A stretch of 64,000 nucleotides of DNA from Dicyema japonicum (taxonomy: Eukaryota; Animalia; Dicyemida): contig RDEW01000015.1 in the NCBI GenBank assembly GCA_011109175.1, positions 452,310 to 516,309 on the forward strand. Direction: 5' to 3'. The notes below the pieces were generated by a model. It saw only the letters and a program-made list of their open reading frames with translations. It did no database searches and was not told the origin of the DNA. The position numbers were made by a program, and so were the translations under genes. Shown here in pieces: positions 37,161-49,140 of this stretch. How positions within the stretch are numbered: position 1 is the first letter of the stretch; every line of letters begins with the position of its first letter.

Positions 37161-37502
37161 AATACGTTTCCAAGATAATTGAATTCGACTCAAAAGATAA
37201 CTAGCAGTTTTCACAGCAAGACTCAGAGACCCTTTAGAACGGAGATGGTTTTTCCACCACAATCTTGGAAGATGGAGTCTGATTTGTTACATTAGAAAAT
37301 GTTTTAGAACATTTTTAAAAGTAAATTTAATAATTTACATTAATTTTTGGCTTGCGAAAAGTGCGAATATTATTATTATTAATAATTTTTAAGAAATTGA
37401 AAAGCAGATATCAATTCCTTATCTAAATTGATTTTTTTAAATATTTAATAATTTAAAATTTAAATTAATTTAATAAATAATATACAGATTTCACGTTTTT
37501 GA

Positions 37503-38740
37503 ATGTCCCAATATCGTGAGGCGTCAAGAATTTTGGAACTTCACAGGAAAGGAAAAGGGGGGATCAAAAAATTAATATATGAAACCAAATTTAGCGTATA
37601 ATTACTTTTAAGTCGATAGAATAAGAGAACCTTGTTGTCGATTTTATCGGAAACGTGCAAAAAATTTAAGCAGATTCAAAAGGTTGTCCACCGTTGCCCC
37701 CAATTGCTTGAATTTGTCGGAGACGAAAACTTGGCTGTCATCTTAACTCACGAGTTTCTCTTTGGAAAGGGAATTTACAGAGCTCGGAAATATCAGGTAA
37801 CATAAAATTTGGCTATTTTTAGAAATTGTTCTCCAATTTTCGTGAACAAATCACTAAAGTTTCGAAAAAAGTCAAGTTTCCCCAACAGAATCAGTAAAAC
37901 ATATCCCCGTTATGTAAGGATCAATACGCTGAGGATGAGCTTCCCCAAGGCATGCCAGAGACTGAAAGATGACGGGTATCACTTCAAAGAGGATCCTACT
38001 TGTCCCGATTTGTTGGTTTTCACGGAAAATGTCGATCTACATTCGCATCCCTTTTACAAGACGGGGTCAATCGTACTTCAGGATAAAGCCTCGTGCTTGG
38101 CTGCTCTTTTGCTGAAACCCCCAAAAGGCGGCCAGGTGATCGACTGTTGTGCTGCTCCTGGAAACAAGACTTCATATCTCTGTTCCCTCATGGAGAACTC
38201 TGGAAGGATCTTCGCTTTTGACATCAACCCTGAGCGAGCTTCCCTGCTAATGAACCGAGTGAAACTCTTGGGGTGCACTTCTGTGACTGTTTTACAGAGG
38301 GACTTCCTTACCTTAGACCCCATGGAGTACCCTAATGTGACTCACATTCTGGTTGATCCCACGTGTTCAGGGTCAGGGATGAATAATCCTTCGGTGGAAC
38401 CTGATGTTGATTCTGAGGAATATCAAGAACGGCTAAATCATCTGAGCAGCTTCCAAATTGGGGTACTATCGCATGCCTTAAGATTTCCTGGGGTTACACG
38501 TGTGATTTATTCTACCTGTTCGAGAAATGAAGCTGAGAATGAGCGGGTTGTTGACTTTGTATGTGATTGGATGTATTTTAGGTGGCGGAAAAGCATAAGG
38601 AGAACTTCCGTGTGAGGGGGTTGATGAAAAACTGGAAACGCAGAGGACTGAATTCATACCCAATTGGGAAGCTTTGTATAAGAGCTTCTCACAAGGACGG
38701 AATGACCGGATTTTTTATTGCTTGTTTTGTCAGAATATAA
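37503..38740 (+). CDS. NSUN5: NSUN5/Rcm1 rRNA m5C methyltransferase
   Basis: MSQYREASRIL..GGIKKLIY, PRYVRINTL, LQDKASCL, DCCAAPGNKT, ILVDPTCSGSG, IYSTCS..AENE, RRGL..GFFIACF. Introns of 23-25 nt. Confidence 0.93.
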
Positions 38741-39569
38741 TTGTTTTATATTTTTGCATGTTTTGTGCTTTATTTATGTCATGACTGCCGGACAAAATCA
38801 GATGCTTCCCGGTTAGAGTCTCGCTCCTGTACATTACGGCTGAAGGTTTCACGAGTGATGATGTCATCAGTGATACCTCTACGATGCATGACTAACCAAA
38901 AGAAAAAATAGTCAAGTACATATCTTGGCCTGCATCGACATAAATTTTCTGAGATTCGGCCATTTTGGAACAGACTCTTTTTTCGAAACAAGGTTGAGGG
39001 ACCATATCTGAAGTACCACTTTCGCCTCAGAGTGTATAACGACTTTGTGAAACCGATCCTAATATATAATTCGGGCTATAAAGAATTTCATAGATGAAGA
39101 GAAGTACCTCGTCTCATAAAATAAAAGACAACTTCATTACTGAAGCGTCAATCATAGAAAGGTATTCTATATCATAAACTAATCATTAATTTGAAACAGC
39201 CATTAAACTGTTAGTTAAAGCACATCCGCGATACCAGTAAATACTGTTTATGGTTTCGCATGTGCCATGTTTTTCGATTATCCTTTCCGTTAGTCTACTC
39301 CATTTTTTCGTTGTCATGCTCATTTCCTGATTTCGTCTAGATCGTCCGCATCCATCAGCCGGCCCATTGCATAATCCTCCACAAGTGTTTTTGGAAGACA
39401 ACTTCTTGACGTCCTCTAAATGCAGGAGATACAGTATGGCCTAAAAATTTCTTCCATGGCGGCATTGTATGGTGTCTGTTCACCCATCCGTAGAATATAT
39501 TCAAAAGGCGCAGCGGGCTTCAAGTACGTTCAGAATTATTGGTCCACAATCAGTCAGTCTTATTATTAT

Positions 39570-42500
39570 TATTAAAGCACTTTCACGAAAGCCATAATGA
39601 TTATAGCCGCATGTGCAACACTCAAAGAAACAATATTTATAGTTAGTCTTTTCCATTTTCCTCTGTCGAATGCGAGTCATCTCAATTCACAGGTCGTCTC
39701 CCGTCTTTAGATTTTTCTCACACGATTTAAGTCTTTGTTTAGGGCTGTCGGAAGTGTCGATCTAGGTCGTCCGCGGAAGGGTTTTTCGCATCTGTCAAAG
39801 TAATCTTCCATCGCTTTGTTAGCGGGTGCGTCGGTTCATTCTTAGTACATGCCCAAATAGCCTCCACCGGGCATCTATCACATCCTTGCTGATGTAAGAA
39901 CACATACACTTGTTGTAGATACCAGTGGTTGATATTCTACGTGGCCACTCCATTCCGAGTAAGCTTCTTAGTTGCCTTCTATGGAACGAATCCAGTTTCA
40001 ATAGTTCGTTGAAGGAACTTCCCCATGTCCCAGCGTTGTACAGTAGGATCGGTTTCACAAACGCGTTGTAAAGCCTGCATCTGATGTCAATTCCAAGTCC
40101 TTTGGCTCTTAGCCATCCTTTCTTCAGTTTAGCCATTGCCGCATTTGCCAGTGTTTTCCTCCTTAGTACATCTTCAGCGTCTCCTAGTAGAGAGCCGAGC
40201 TTATTAGTACGTCTCCATCTTTCATGAGTAATATCGTCTTCTCTTTTCCGTGATCTCAGTTTTGTTACATTTACGCTGAAACCATTTCTCAAGCTCCGCA
40301 GGTGCATTTTTAGCAGGTGTTGGGTGCGGTCACAATCCCGTGATACAAAATCCACATCATCCGCATAAGATGTCTCTTCTATGTCTCCTATATAGCATTT
40401 ACGGAGGTCGCGGAGTGCAGATTCAAGGTATATGGTGAATAGTAAGGGAGAGGGAATCACCTGGGGTGCCAATCGTTGTTTTGAAACTGCGGGAAGTTGC
40501 TCCTTCTGTCCTCACAGATAGTCTTGTGTTCGCAAGTAGTAGTCTGATTATCCTAACGACGATTCATCCAATATTTGCTCAAGCACATTCTCAGTTTCTG
40601 TTGTTTATTGAGTCGAAAGCTCTGGAGAGATCTATTCCAACACGGTTGTTGCGCTCTTGAATCTTTGGTGCGTTGCGCAGCGCCATCTGTGGCTCCATAC
40701 AATGTCTGCCGTAGACCTCCTTCTCGAACCCACTTTGACTTGCTGTGTCTCCATACAATGTCTGCCGTAGACCTCCTTCTCGGAAGTCAGTTGTATAATT
40801 TATTGTTTGAGATTTTTTGGCCAAGTATCAAGAGTTTTCTTAGTTGGCCTCTGTGAAACGAGTCAAACTTTCTTTGATGTTCCTCAAGTACCTGCGTTGT
40901 ACATGAGACTGGTTGGACAAATCCATTATATAAGCGTAATCGCATCTTAGTAGGAATTTGATTTTTCTAATCAGAATGGATTGTAATTTTTGAGTGCTAT
41001 TGTGGCCAATATCTTTCGTCCTGTGATATTTCTGAATCCCAAGTAACGATCCGAGTTTTCGGTGTTCCTCACTTCTCCTCAACGCGGATTGGCGTTCTTT
41101 CAATGGTGGTTATTTCAGTTTTGTCTTCATTAACTTTAAGGGACCATTTATTCAAATATTTTCGATTTCTCATAATAACGTCTATAAATTCCCGATCTTC
41201 CGCACAAAATCGACATCATTTGCGTAAATGAGTTTCATAAAGTGGTTGTCCAGACATCCAATTTGTTCTCTTAGATCTCTCAACACTGCCTCTAGGTAGA
41301 TGATAAATAATACAGGAGATAGAGTGTCCCCTGTGGGTTCCAACATTGTAGAAAAGGTCTAGACTCCTTAGTGCCAATCTGAAAGTAGTTCAGTTTCAGT
41401 TAATGTATTTGTATCATGCCCAGACTGTCTCATGATGACGTCTTTAACATGGTAAGTTTACTTGTTGATGCTGTCAAAAAGCCTTGCTCATGTCGATTTT
41501 CAAAATATGAAATGATCGTTTGTACTTCTGACATATTGCAGTGATCCAGCGATGGCTCCAGACAACATCAGTTGTGGATCTTCCAGGCTGAAACCACTCT
41601 GTCCGCAAGAAAGACATCGATAGCCGACATTGATATACGGCCTCGAACAATATCGATAGAGTTTCCTTAAGTGGTGACTAGCACAATAGGTCTCAAGCTT
41701 CCGAAGGGTCCCGTCTTCGGCCTAGTTTATGAATTGTATTAATATTCCTGTCCCAATTGGAAGCGGCAGTGTAATGCAAACTTTGTTAATTATTTGTGCG
41801 AAGAACCTCGCCAGACTATTGGGAGCGTATTTGAGTGATTCTGAGACTCCATCACATTCTGCAGCTCTGTTGTTGTTCATATGGTGGATTGCTTCTAGGA
41901 CCTCCGATTTTGTTATTTCGTTTGACAAGGTCTGTGCATGCCCAATAAATGTGGGTGCATAGATATCATCTGTTTGGAATTGTTTCTGAAAGTGTCAGCA
42001 ATTCTGTTGGATATTATTAGCACTTTCACGAGAGCCATAATATTTATAGCCCCGCATGTGCAGCAAAAAATAAGAGAATTAGTTAGGGTTTCCAAGCTCT
42101 TCTTTCTTTGCTAGGTACCTCAGTGATTCCAGATCGTTACCAGATGCAATGTTTTCTTCACGGCTTTCAGATCGTTTTGTAAACACCGGGAGGGTAGTTC
42201 TCGTCTTCCACGAAAGCGTTTTACATTGGAGGGTAGTAATCTTCCATTGCGATGTTCGAGGGATATCGGTCCAAGCTCAGGACGTGTCCAAAAAAGTCTC
42301 CAACGAGAGCTAATGATCTCGTGGCTTAATGGTATACAGTCACACTTATTGTTACAGTCCATTCCGCGAGATCTTGATGGCCAGGACATTCCAGTTATGT
42401 TTTTAGATGATTTCTGTGAAATGAGTCTAGCCTCTCCAATTCCTCTTTAAGGTGGCCAGGTCCCAGAGTTGTATAGTAGATTGGTTTGATGAAGGTGTCT

Positions 42501-44640
42501 TATAACATAATCCTTTGTTTTATGTTATATCCTTTCCGTTTTAGCCAAAGATTTTCAGCCTGTGTAATGCCGCATTTGCCAATGTTTTTCTCCGTATGAT
42601 GTCTTCGCTATCTCCTAGTAGAGATCTAAGCTTTGTGTTAGATAGAAGGATTTGAATCATTCTTAGACTCGATTCGTCAATAAACCCTTCCAGCACTGTC
42701 ATCAATTTTTTCCTGTTAACCGAGTCAAAGGCTTTTGATAGATGTATTCCCAGAATGTGGATGGCATTGCATTATCTTTGATGTGTTGCACATTTCCATC
42801 TGTGACTCCAGACTGCATCAGCTGTTGATCTTCCTTCTCTGAACCCACTTTGACTTTCGTGTAGGTATTCATAGGCTGATCCTTTTATTCGTTCCAATAC
42901 AATGTTAGCTAAGACTTTCCGTAGAGAATTTGATAATATAATAGGTCGTAGGTTTTCAACCGGTCGTTTGGGTTTATTCAGTTTTGGTACAGGTATTAGT
43001 AATCCCGTTCCCAGGGGTAAGGTTGAGTTAGTTAAAAACATTTCATTTAGTAGTGTAGCGATTTTTTCAAAAAGGGGGTCAGAGCCATATTTCAGTAGTT
43101 CTGAGTTTATCGTATCTAGTCCAGGGCTTTTGTTATTTTTTAGTTTTTGACATGCTGTTTTTACTTCCAAAATTGTAATTGGTTCTTTCAAGGTCTGGGC
43201 TTTCTTTTGAATGGGGGGATTGCTGTAGTCACATTAAAAAGTTTCTCAAAATGTGTTGCAATTGCCTCCGCTTGCTCCTCAGTATTCAGTATTGTCTTGC
43301 CATTTTTGTCATTGATGATTATTCGTTCCTTCCGGTTTGTATGTCGTAGCAGAAGAACGTCCATATACATTTGAGAATTATCTTTTAGTTTGGTTACTTC
43401 ATTGATTTTGAGGAGTAGTTCTTCTTGATGGAGTGTCTTGTTCAGTCTCCTGATTTTTCTACGGATTTGGTCCCTCTGTCCCTGAAGGGCTTTTCTCTTG
43501 TTATAGTCTTTTTTGTTTAGTTTTTTGTACGGATTTCTTTTAGATCCTTTACTAATTCTGTATGTATCGTCCTCCCGCGTGCCGAGGTACTGGCTTGCTG
43601 CTTCGTTTATTATATACTTTGTGTGATCCCACGAAATTCCTACTGTTGTGTCCTTCAGAAGAGCAGATGTATTTTTGGTAACTTTTGACTGTGTCTGGAT
43701 GAGAGATCAGTTTTCCCGTTGCGTATCCATTTCTTGTATTCTCATTATTATTGTTTGTAATGTTATTATGTTTCTTATGTTTGATACCATGTTTCGCCAG
43801 GCTGAAGGTGACAATAACCATTCTGTGATCGCTGACAGTTGTTGAACCTTCGTATGAGCGTGCGTTTATAAGAGAGCGTTTGTCATTGATCCGGCATATA
43901 ATATAATCAATTTGGTTGTATATAGGGACTAGTTTTCCTTCTGGGTTTCTTCGTTCGCCCATCCAAGTGGTTATGTGGCATGCACGATGAGAGAATGCGG
44001 TGTTGCACAAGAACAGTTTGTTTGCCGTGCAGAAATGGCCAAGTATGGTCCCAGGCAAGTTTCTTTTCCCACGTCCGTGTCTTCCCATGAAGGTATCTTC
44101 TGAGTTCTTTTTTGTTCCGATTTTCGCATTCAGATCGCCAGCAATGAATATAAGTGAGGACGACTCATATTCATTATACGTCTTTGATAGTGCTGAGTAG
44201 AATTCATCCAGTTCGGTCGGGTTTTTTGCCACTCTTCCACAGTGTGGTGCTTATACATTTATAATCGTTAGTGTATTTTTAGGAGTAACATTGATTGTTC
44301 AGGTAGATCTGTATTACGCAGATCCTGTCATTCACCCGCCAAATGCGACTGATGTCAGATTATAGTTTTCTGTGAATGGAGAATCCAAGACCATAGTGTT
44401 TTGAGTCATTGGGTAGACATATTGACGATATCTTCCGTGGTTTTCATCAAGATAGTACGTAATTTTCGTCTCTTGTATACAGCCAATAGAAACGTTATAT
44501 CTTTCTAGGTCATCACAAAAAGTATTTCTTGATTGAGGCTTAGATATTCCTCAGGTATTGAGTGTAAGCTTTAGGGAAAGCATATTCTCTTGTATCTTCT
44601 GCTTTCTAGACATTTTTCTTATCCGTTGTACAGAGAAGAA
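39570..44640 (-). mobile_element. Stack of at least four same-strand RTE-clade copies (truncated or decayed)
   Basis: Repeated APE (FIAGDLNAKIG, YNQIDYII, SDH), RT (KSPGLD, LRPIILSN, QSGFREGRSTAD, QGVIPSPLLF, YADDVDF) and LGSLLGD segments. 3' tails at ~39570 and ~42015. Confidence 0.9.
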
Positions 44641-44689
44641 ACGAAGCACGTCACCACCTCACCAAAAAATATTTACTCAATGGATATAA

Positions 44690-44830
44690 TAATATATTAT
44701 ACAGCACTATCGCCTTGCCATAATAGTTATAGCAAAGCATGTGCAATACAAGAAACAATGTTATTAGTTAGCCTCTTCCATCCTCCACGGTTTACACGCA
44801 GTCGATCTCAGCATGTCCAGATCGTCTCCC
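44690..44830 (-). mobile_element. RTE-clade 3' end fragment
   Basis: TGCACATGC..GCTATAACTATTATGGC..AGTGCT tail motif. Confidence 0.65.
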
Positions 44831-44998
44831 GTCTTTAATGTTATATTTTATAATAATAATAATGTTATATTTTACTTTATAAAAAAACTCATTTCTAATT
44901 ATCTAGATACAATTAATTAATTTAAATTTTGTTAAGAATATTAGATTTAAAGCTAACATTAAAAATACATAAATTATAAATAAAAATAGATTTCACTC

Positions 44999-45008
44999 TA
45001 TATATAAA
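44999..45008 (+). promoter_or_regulatory. TATA box of the U6 (Pol III type 3) promoter
   Basis: TATATATAAA centred roughly 20 nt upstream of the predicted U6 start G at 45023. Confidence 0.55.
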
Positions 45009-45022
45009 GTATAGAAGTAACT

Positions 45023-45043
45023 GATGTCCTACGGTACATATAA

Positions 45044-45075
<32 letters not shown>

Positions 45076-45124
45076 GGCCCCTGCGTAAGGATGACACGCA
45101 TAATCGTGGAGCGTTCCACTTTTT
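45023..45124 (+). ncRNA. RNU6: U6 spliceosomal snRNA
   Basis: AAAATTGGAACGATACAGAGAAGATTAGCATGGCCCCTGCGTAAGGATGACACGCA..CGTGGAGCGTTCCACTTTTT. ACAGAGA box at 45059-45065, AGC triad, short 5' stem with a cUACGg loop. Confidence 0.98.
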
Positions 45125-45149
45125 CTTTGAATTTTTTTGCGGAATAATG

Positions 45150-45780
45150 CAATTAATTAATAAACACTTCATTGAACAACTTTTGGCTGCTTCCCTTACT
45201 ACCTGCAAGAGAATACTCTCAATGAGCTGGCTCCTTTCTCTTCTATCCTTTTTCCTCTTCGCGATAAGGGATTCCATACGTTTCAGCAGAATTAGTGATC
45301 TGCTTTTTATTAGTCCTGATGTTTAACGGTGACAGGTTCAAAGATAAACTGTCTACCGAGACAATCATATTTCTTCTTGAGCGGTTCAGCTTTTTACGAA
45401 GCAGAGTCTGGCATGTTTTGAAGGTGAGGGGCTATCCACACAGGTGGCATCCAAAGGGAGGTATCTATCACTTTCCAATGGGAATAGAGTTGTTACGTCA
45501 GGTCTTTTCTTATATAGGGCCAAACGAGAGGCTTTATCTGGACAGGGAATCCGGCCGCTTCTAATTCCCACACGATGACTCCGTTGATTGCATTTTGTTT
45601 TTGACTCCTTCGAACATTTCTCTAACAGGAGAGAGTTTGAAGACCTTTAACGTCTACCATTCCTCCACATCTACATGGATCGCACATAAATCCATTCTGA
45701 GGTGGACGCAAACCCCAATTCTCGTGGCTTCGTCATCCACTGTCCAAGTGAGGTGCATGTGAAGGCTCTGAACTATAGGT
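45150..45780 (-). mobile_element. CRE-clade 3' fragment, tail-to-tail with U6
   Basis: [51 protein letters not shown]. Confidence 0.8.
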
Positions 45781-46199
45781 CAAGTTCAGGTTTTATTTCA
45801 TCATTAACCTAGGCATTAATTTGTCTTAATGAACAGGTGGTTTGTAAATGTTAACAAATATATTTATTTTCGTATCATTAAAAAATTCTTGACGGATTGG
45901 TCCAACAATCCTAGATTGAGTGGGGGATTCTTTTGGGGACTGAATTTATGGATCGTTTACTATTAAATCCAGTCAGAATTGGATTAGCCTCCACTCAAAA
46001 TTACAGTCGTGAACCATTGATCCTCTAGACCACTCTTCACGTATATGAGAGAGGAGGTTGAATTGTTAATAGTTGATCAATAGTACCACCCTCACTTTTT
46101 GATCTTATTATTCACATTATAATAAACCAAGCACTATGTTAAGAGGAAATTCAAAAATAATAGTTTACAACGTTTATGACTTGGTTTCAGAATTCACGT

Positions 46200-46430
46200 G
46201 AGCACTAGAATTACATTCCAGCATAAGGTTCCATGCACTACGATGCCTTGGATTGACGATTAATTCCGCCATCGGTGAATACTGTACTGTGGAACCGGAT
46301 TGTCTACAAGACTTAGCAAAAAAAGGAAAAAGAAGTGAAGAACATTCCTCAGTTCTCTACAATTAGTTGTTCTTTAATAGAGTGTGTGTCATGCATGTGG
46401 GGAGCTATAAGGTTCTCGTGAAGTTTTGTG
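46200..46430 (+). mobile_element. RTE-clade 3' end fragment
   Basis: Collinear with 35200-35430 (CTACGATGCC..TGACGA..GTGAATAC..AAGAAGTGAAGA..GGAGCTATAA..CTCGTGAA). Confidence 0.65.
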
Positions 46431-46510
46431 TGTTTATGAGTGAATAATATCTCAGTAATATAAATATGCGACCTAGTTAGGAAGCTTAATAGGTGTTTAC
46501 TAATTTAATT

Positions 46511-46745
46511 GCTGCGTGGCGCAATATGATGCTATGAATAGTTTGTAAAAAATTATTTTCTTCCCCGATGGCGTCATTGCATCCATCTTACTGAGGAGAC
46601 CCCAATGCCTGGCCGGCATCAAGAGGATCCAACTTTTTTTTCCCCGGGGACAATGTCGTTACCTGGAGACAAGTTCTGGAACGCTGGAACGAGTCAGGAT
46701 CAAAGAGTTAGTTAGTTTGGTTACCCTTGGTCTTTGGAATAATCT
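46511..46745 (+). repeat. Structured short-repeat family, copy B (HDV-like fold at 46570-46630)
   Basis: GGCGTCATTGCATCCATCTTACTGAGGAGACCCCAATGCCTGGCCGGCATCAAGAGGATCC. Flanked by TAATTTAATT at 46501-46510 and 46746-46755, a possible TSD of low complexity. Confidence 0.75.
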
Positions 46746-47699
46746 TAATTTAATTTAAAAACAGATTGTCCTGTGTTGTCTATGTGGCTACTTTATTAAA
46801 CTCGTCGGAATATCGAGGATTTAGCAAATAATTTGTTTAATGGGCATTAACAGCATGACGGCGGCTATAAATAATTATTTTAAAGTACATGTAACATGAC
46901 AAAACACATCCGCATGCCCTAAACCGCAGTGTTAAAGGAAAAGAGTCCTCAATTAAGTGATCCCGGACTGATGTGGAGGAAAACAAGGCTTTCGTTGACA
47001 TTATCCTGGAATCACCTAATATTCTGCTAGGCTTCAAGTTATTTGAACAGGATTTTGTTGAAGGGTGCCTGATATGGTGACTGCCTTTAATAAGTCGTTC
47101 AACAAGATTTTTTACGAAAGGGGTAAACTTGAAAAACTCCAGTGTTGCCAGCTTCTCGAATGGCGGACAAATTCTGTAGAGAAATGCGGGAGATAGCAAT
47201 TGATCAATCCACTTGAAAAAGAACCATTCCACCAGGAGACAATCCCCTACCTGGCGACGTGTTTCAGACTGCTCCAACGTGTCTGGATCAGTAATTAGTT
47301 GGTCTGGTGTTTGAGTATTTTTATCACCCACATGCATGATCCTTCAAAGAATTCCGCAGAACGAGAGATAGGTCCAAATGTACCACTAGACACAATTTGT
47401 GGTCAGAATTTGCATTTTTGTTTATTTTGTAAAATTTTTATAAATTATCCAATTTAAATTTTATTAGTAAAAATACAGTCAAAAAGTCCAATAAAAAATT
47501 TACTATTCATTATTTTGAATATTAATTATACTACGAGTTTTTCCTTTCCTGGACCTCCGGTGAACACCGAAGACTTGTGGAAGAGTCTAGCACCCTGAGG
47601 ACAGCCAGCCTTCTATAAAGTAGCGAGGTCGGGGTACTACTTATTATTCATAATTAATTTTCCGAAAAGTGGTGTTTATTATACTGAATTCTGTTTTCC

Positions 47700-48100
47700 T
47701 GTCTTTGAGAATTTGGGGATCTCATAATGAGGCATTTGTTCGAGAAATTGGTAGGAACCATAAAATAAAAACAAATTGGATGATTCGAGCTGACTTATAT
47801 GATACATTTCTCTCCTATAATTTAAGAGTGGCAATAAAGTTTGCCCTTCGACTGGATGAGTTCCTTGGTGAAGAAGAGGACAGCCTTTACGAGAGGTAGT
47901 TGATAGAGTGTTGCGAATTTTTGGATAAAAAATATAATCATATATTGTAGGAAAGCTAGAAGTGGATAATACTGGCTAGGGGTCTAATCCATAAATTAAG
48001 GGTCACCAAACAAGAAAACCTCCTTGGACACACTTCCCTAATATCCCAAATATAACGACTCATTCACAATGGAAATCGATGTAAATGACTGAACAAAACA
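47700..48100 (+). mobile_element. Gypsy-type LTR retrotransposon RT/RNase H relic
   Basis: TLP*YPKYNDSFTMEIDVND resembles vLayPdfnkpFtletDAS. Decayed. Confidence 0.45.
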
Positions 48101-48884
48101 AAGTAATTTTTAATTAAAATTTAGGCACAAATCAACCGAATTTTAAGGCGGTTAATCATCTTGTATTTTTCTTCCTGTTGTTATGCAAACTACAAAATAA
48201 ATAAAATATCAACTTTTCTCGGTCCCATTTATCGGACCAGGCCATCATATCGTTGTACAAATTCCTGTGGATTGCATAACCAGTGGGGTTATTCCAATCG
48301 GGGTCATCTTTCACTCGATTCCAATCCCAGATTTCGTTGAAAGTCATCAGATTGTCACCTCTTGCTGAGTTTTTATCGCATCTCTGCCTCCGTGCTGTCG
48401 AATTTCTGCTATAAACATGTAAAATTACTTTTTGTTATCAAAGTCTGTTGAATTATCAGGGGAAAAGTCCATTCCATCGGAATCTTCGAACAGGTTTACT
48501 AAAATAATATTTAATGGCAACCATTCCATAAATCCATTTGCACACAATCGTCGCATAAACTTAAATATTTCCCGATATTTCGCTACGCGTCGATAAATTA
48601 TGGAATTCCAAGTTTAGTTTGTTCAGTATTAACAGAAAATGCAAAAATATCAAATTACTCGTTTATAGTGATACAAATTTGTCCACGTGGGCTAAACAAA
48701 TAAAATAATCCATTTACTAAATTCAGGCCAGGTTATCAATAAATGATAAACTCCATATTAAAAAATCAATATATCGTATTTCTCCGATTCAGTTCACGTT
48801 ATTCCTTATGTGATGTGTGTCATCGTTACTAAGCTCCACAAAAGTACTTGATCGTTACTTAGCTCCACAAAAATCAATGATTAT

Positions 48885-49140
48885 CTCATGAAAAGAATCG
48901 TAAAACACAGATTGGCTTTTTGGCATGTTGTCCGCTCTGATTCACTGGAAAGAACCATTGTGCTGAGCAATATTACTAGGAAGAGAAGACCTGGTCGACC
49001 GAGGACTCGGTGGCTATCCACGGTAGAAGACGTCACGGGAATGCCTATATCAAGGCTACTTCCAAATTGCGACGGATCGGGGAGAGAGTGAAGAAATTTT
49101 GCTCATGAGATCTCCAAGGGTCGGACACGACTTAATTTGG
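48885..49140 (+). mobile_element. RTE-1/BovB-like 3' fragment
   Basis: HVVRSDSLERTIVL..RKRRPGRPRTRWLSTV..HEISKGRTRLN, with the GTCGGACACGACT end typical of BovB-like RTEs. Confidence 0.85.

Noticed and set aside
38780-39560. Possible DNA transposase relic (Cys-containing short ORFs)
   Set aside because: No diagnostic motif or TIR could be established.
45024-45326. 100-aa ORF in the track (and antisense 45029-45277)
   Set aside because: It overlaps U6 snRNA and a CRE remnant, so it is spurious.
35200-46430. Repeat pair at 35200 and 46235 as LTRs
   Set aside because: Both end in the RTE 3' hairpin/tail motif. There are no TG..CA termini and no internal LTR element.
48822-48872. Short tandem duplication ATCGTTACT(A/T)AGCTCCACAAAA x2 (similar minor duplications near 22545-22610)
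   Set aside because: Two-copy local duplications with no further structure; ordinary slippage.
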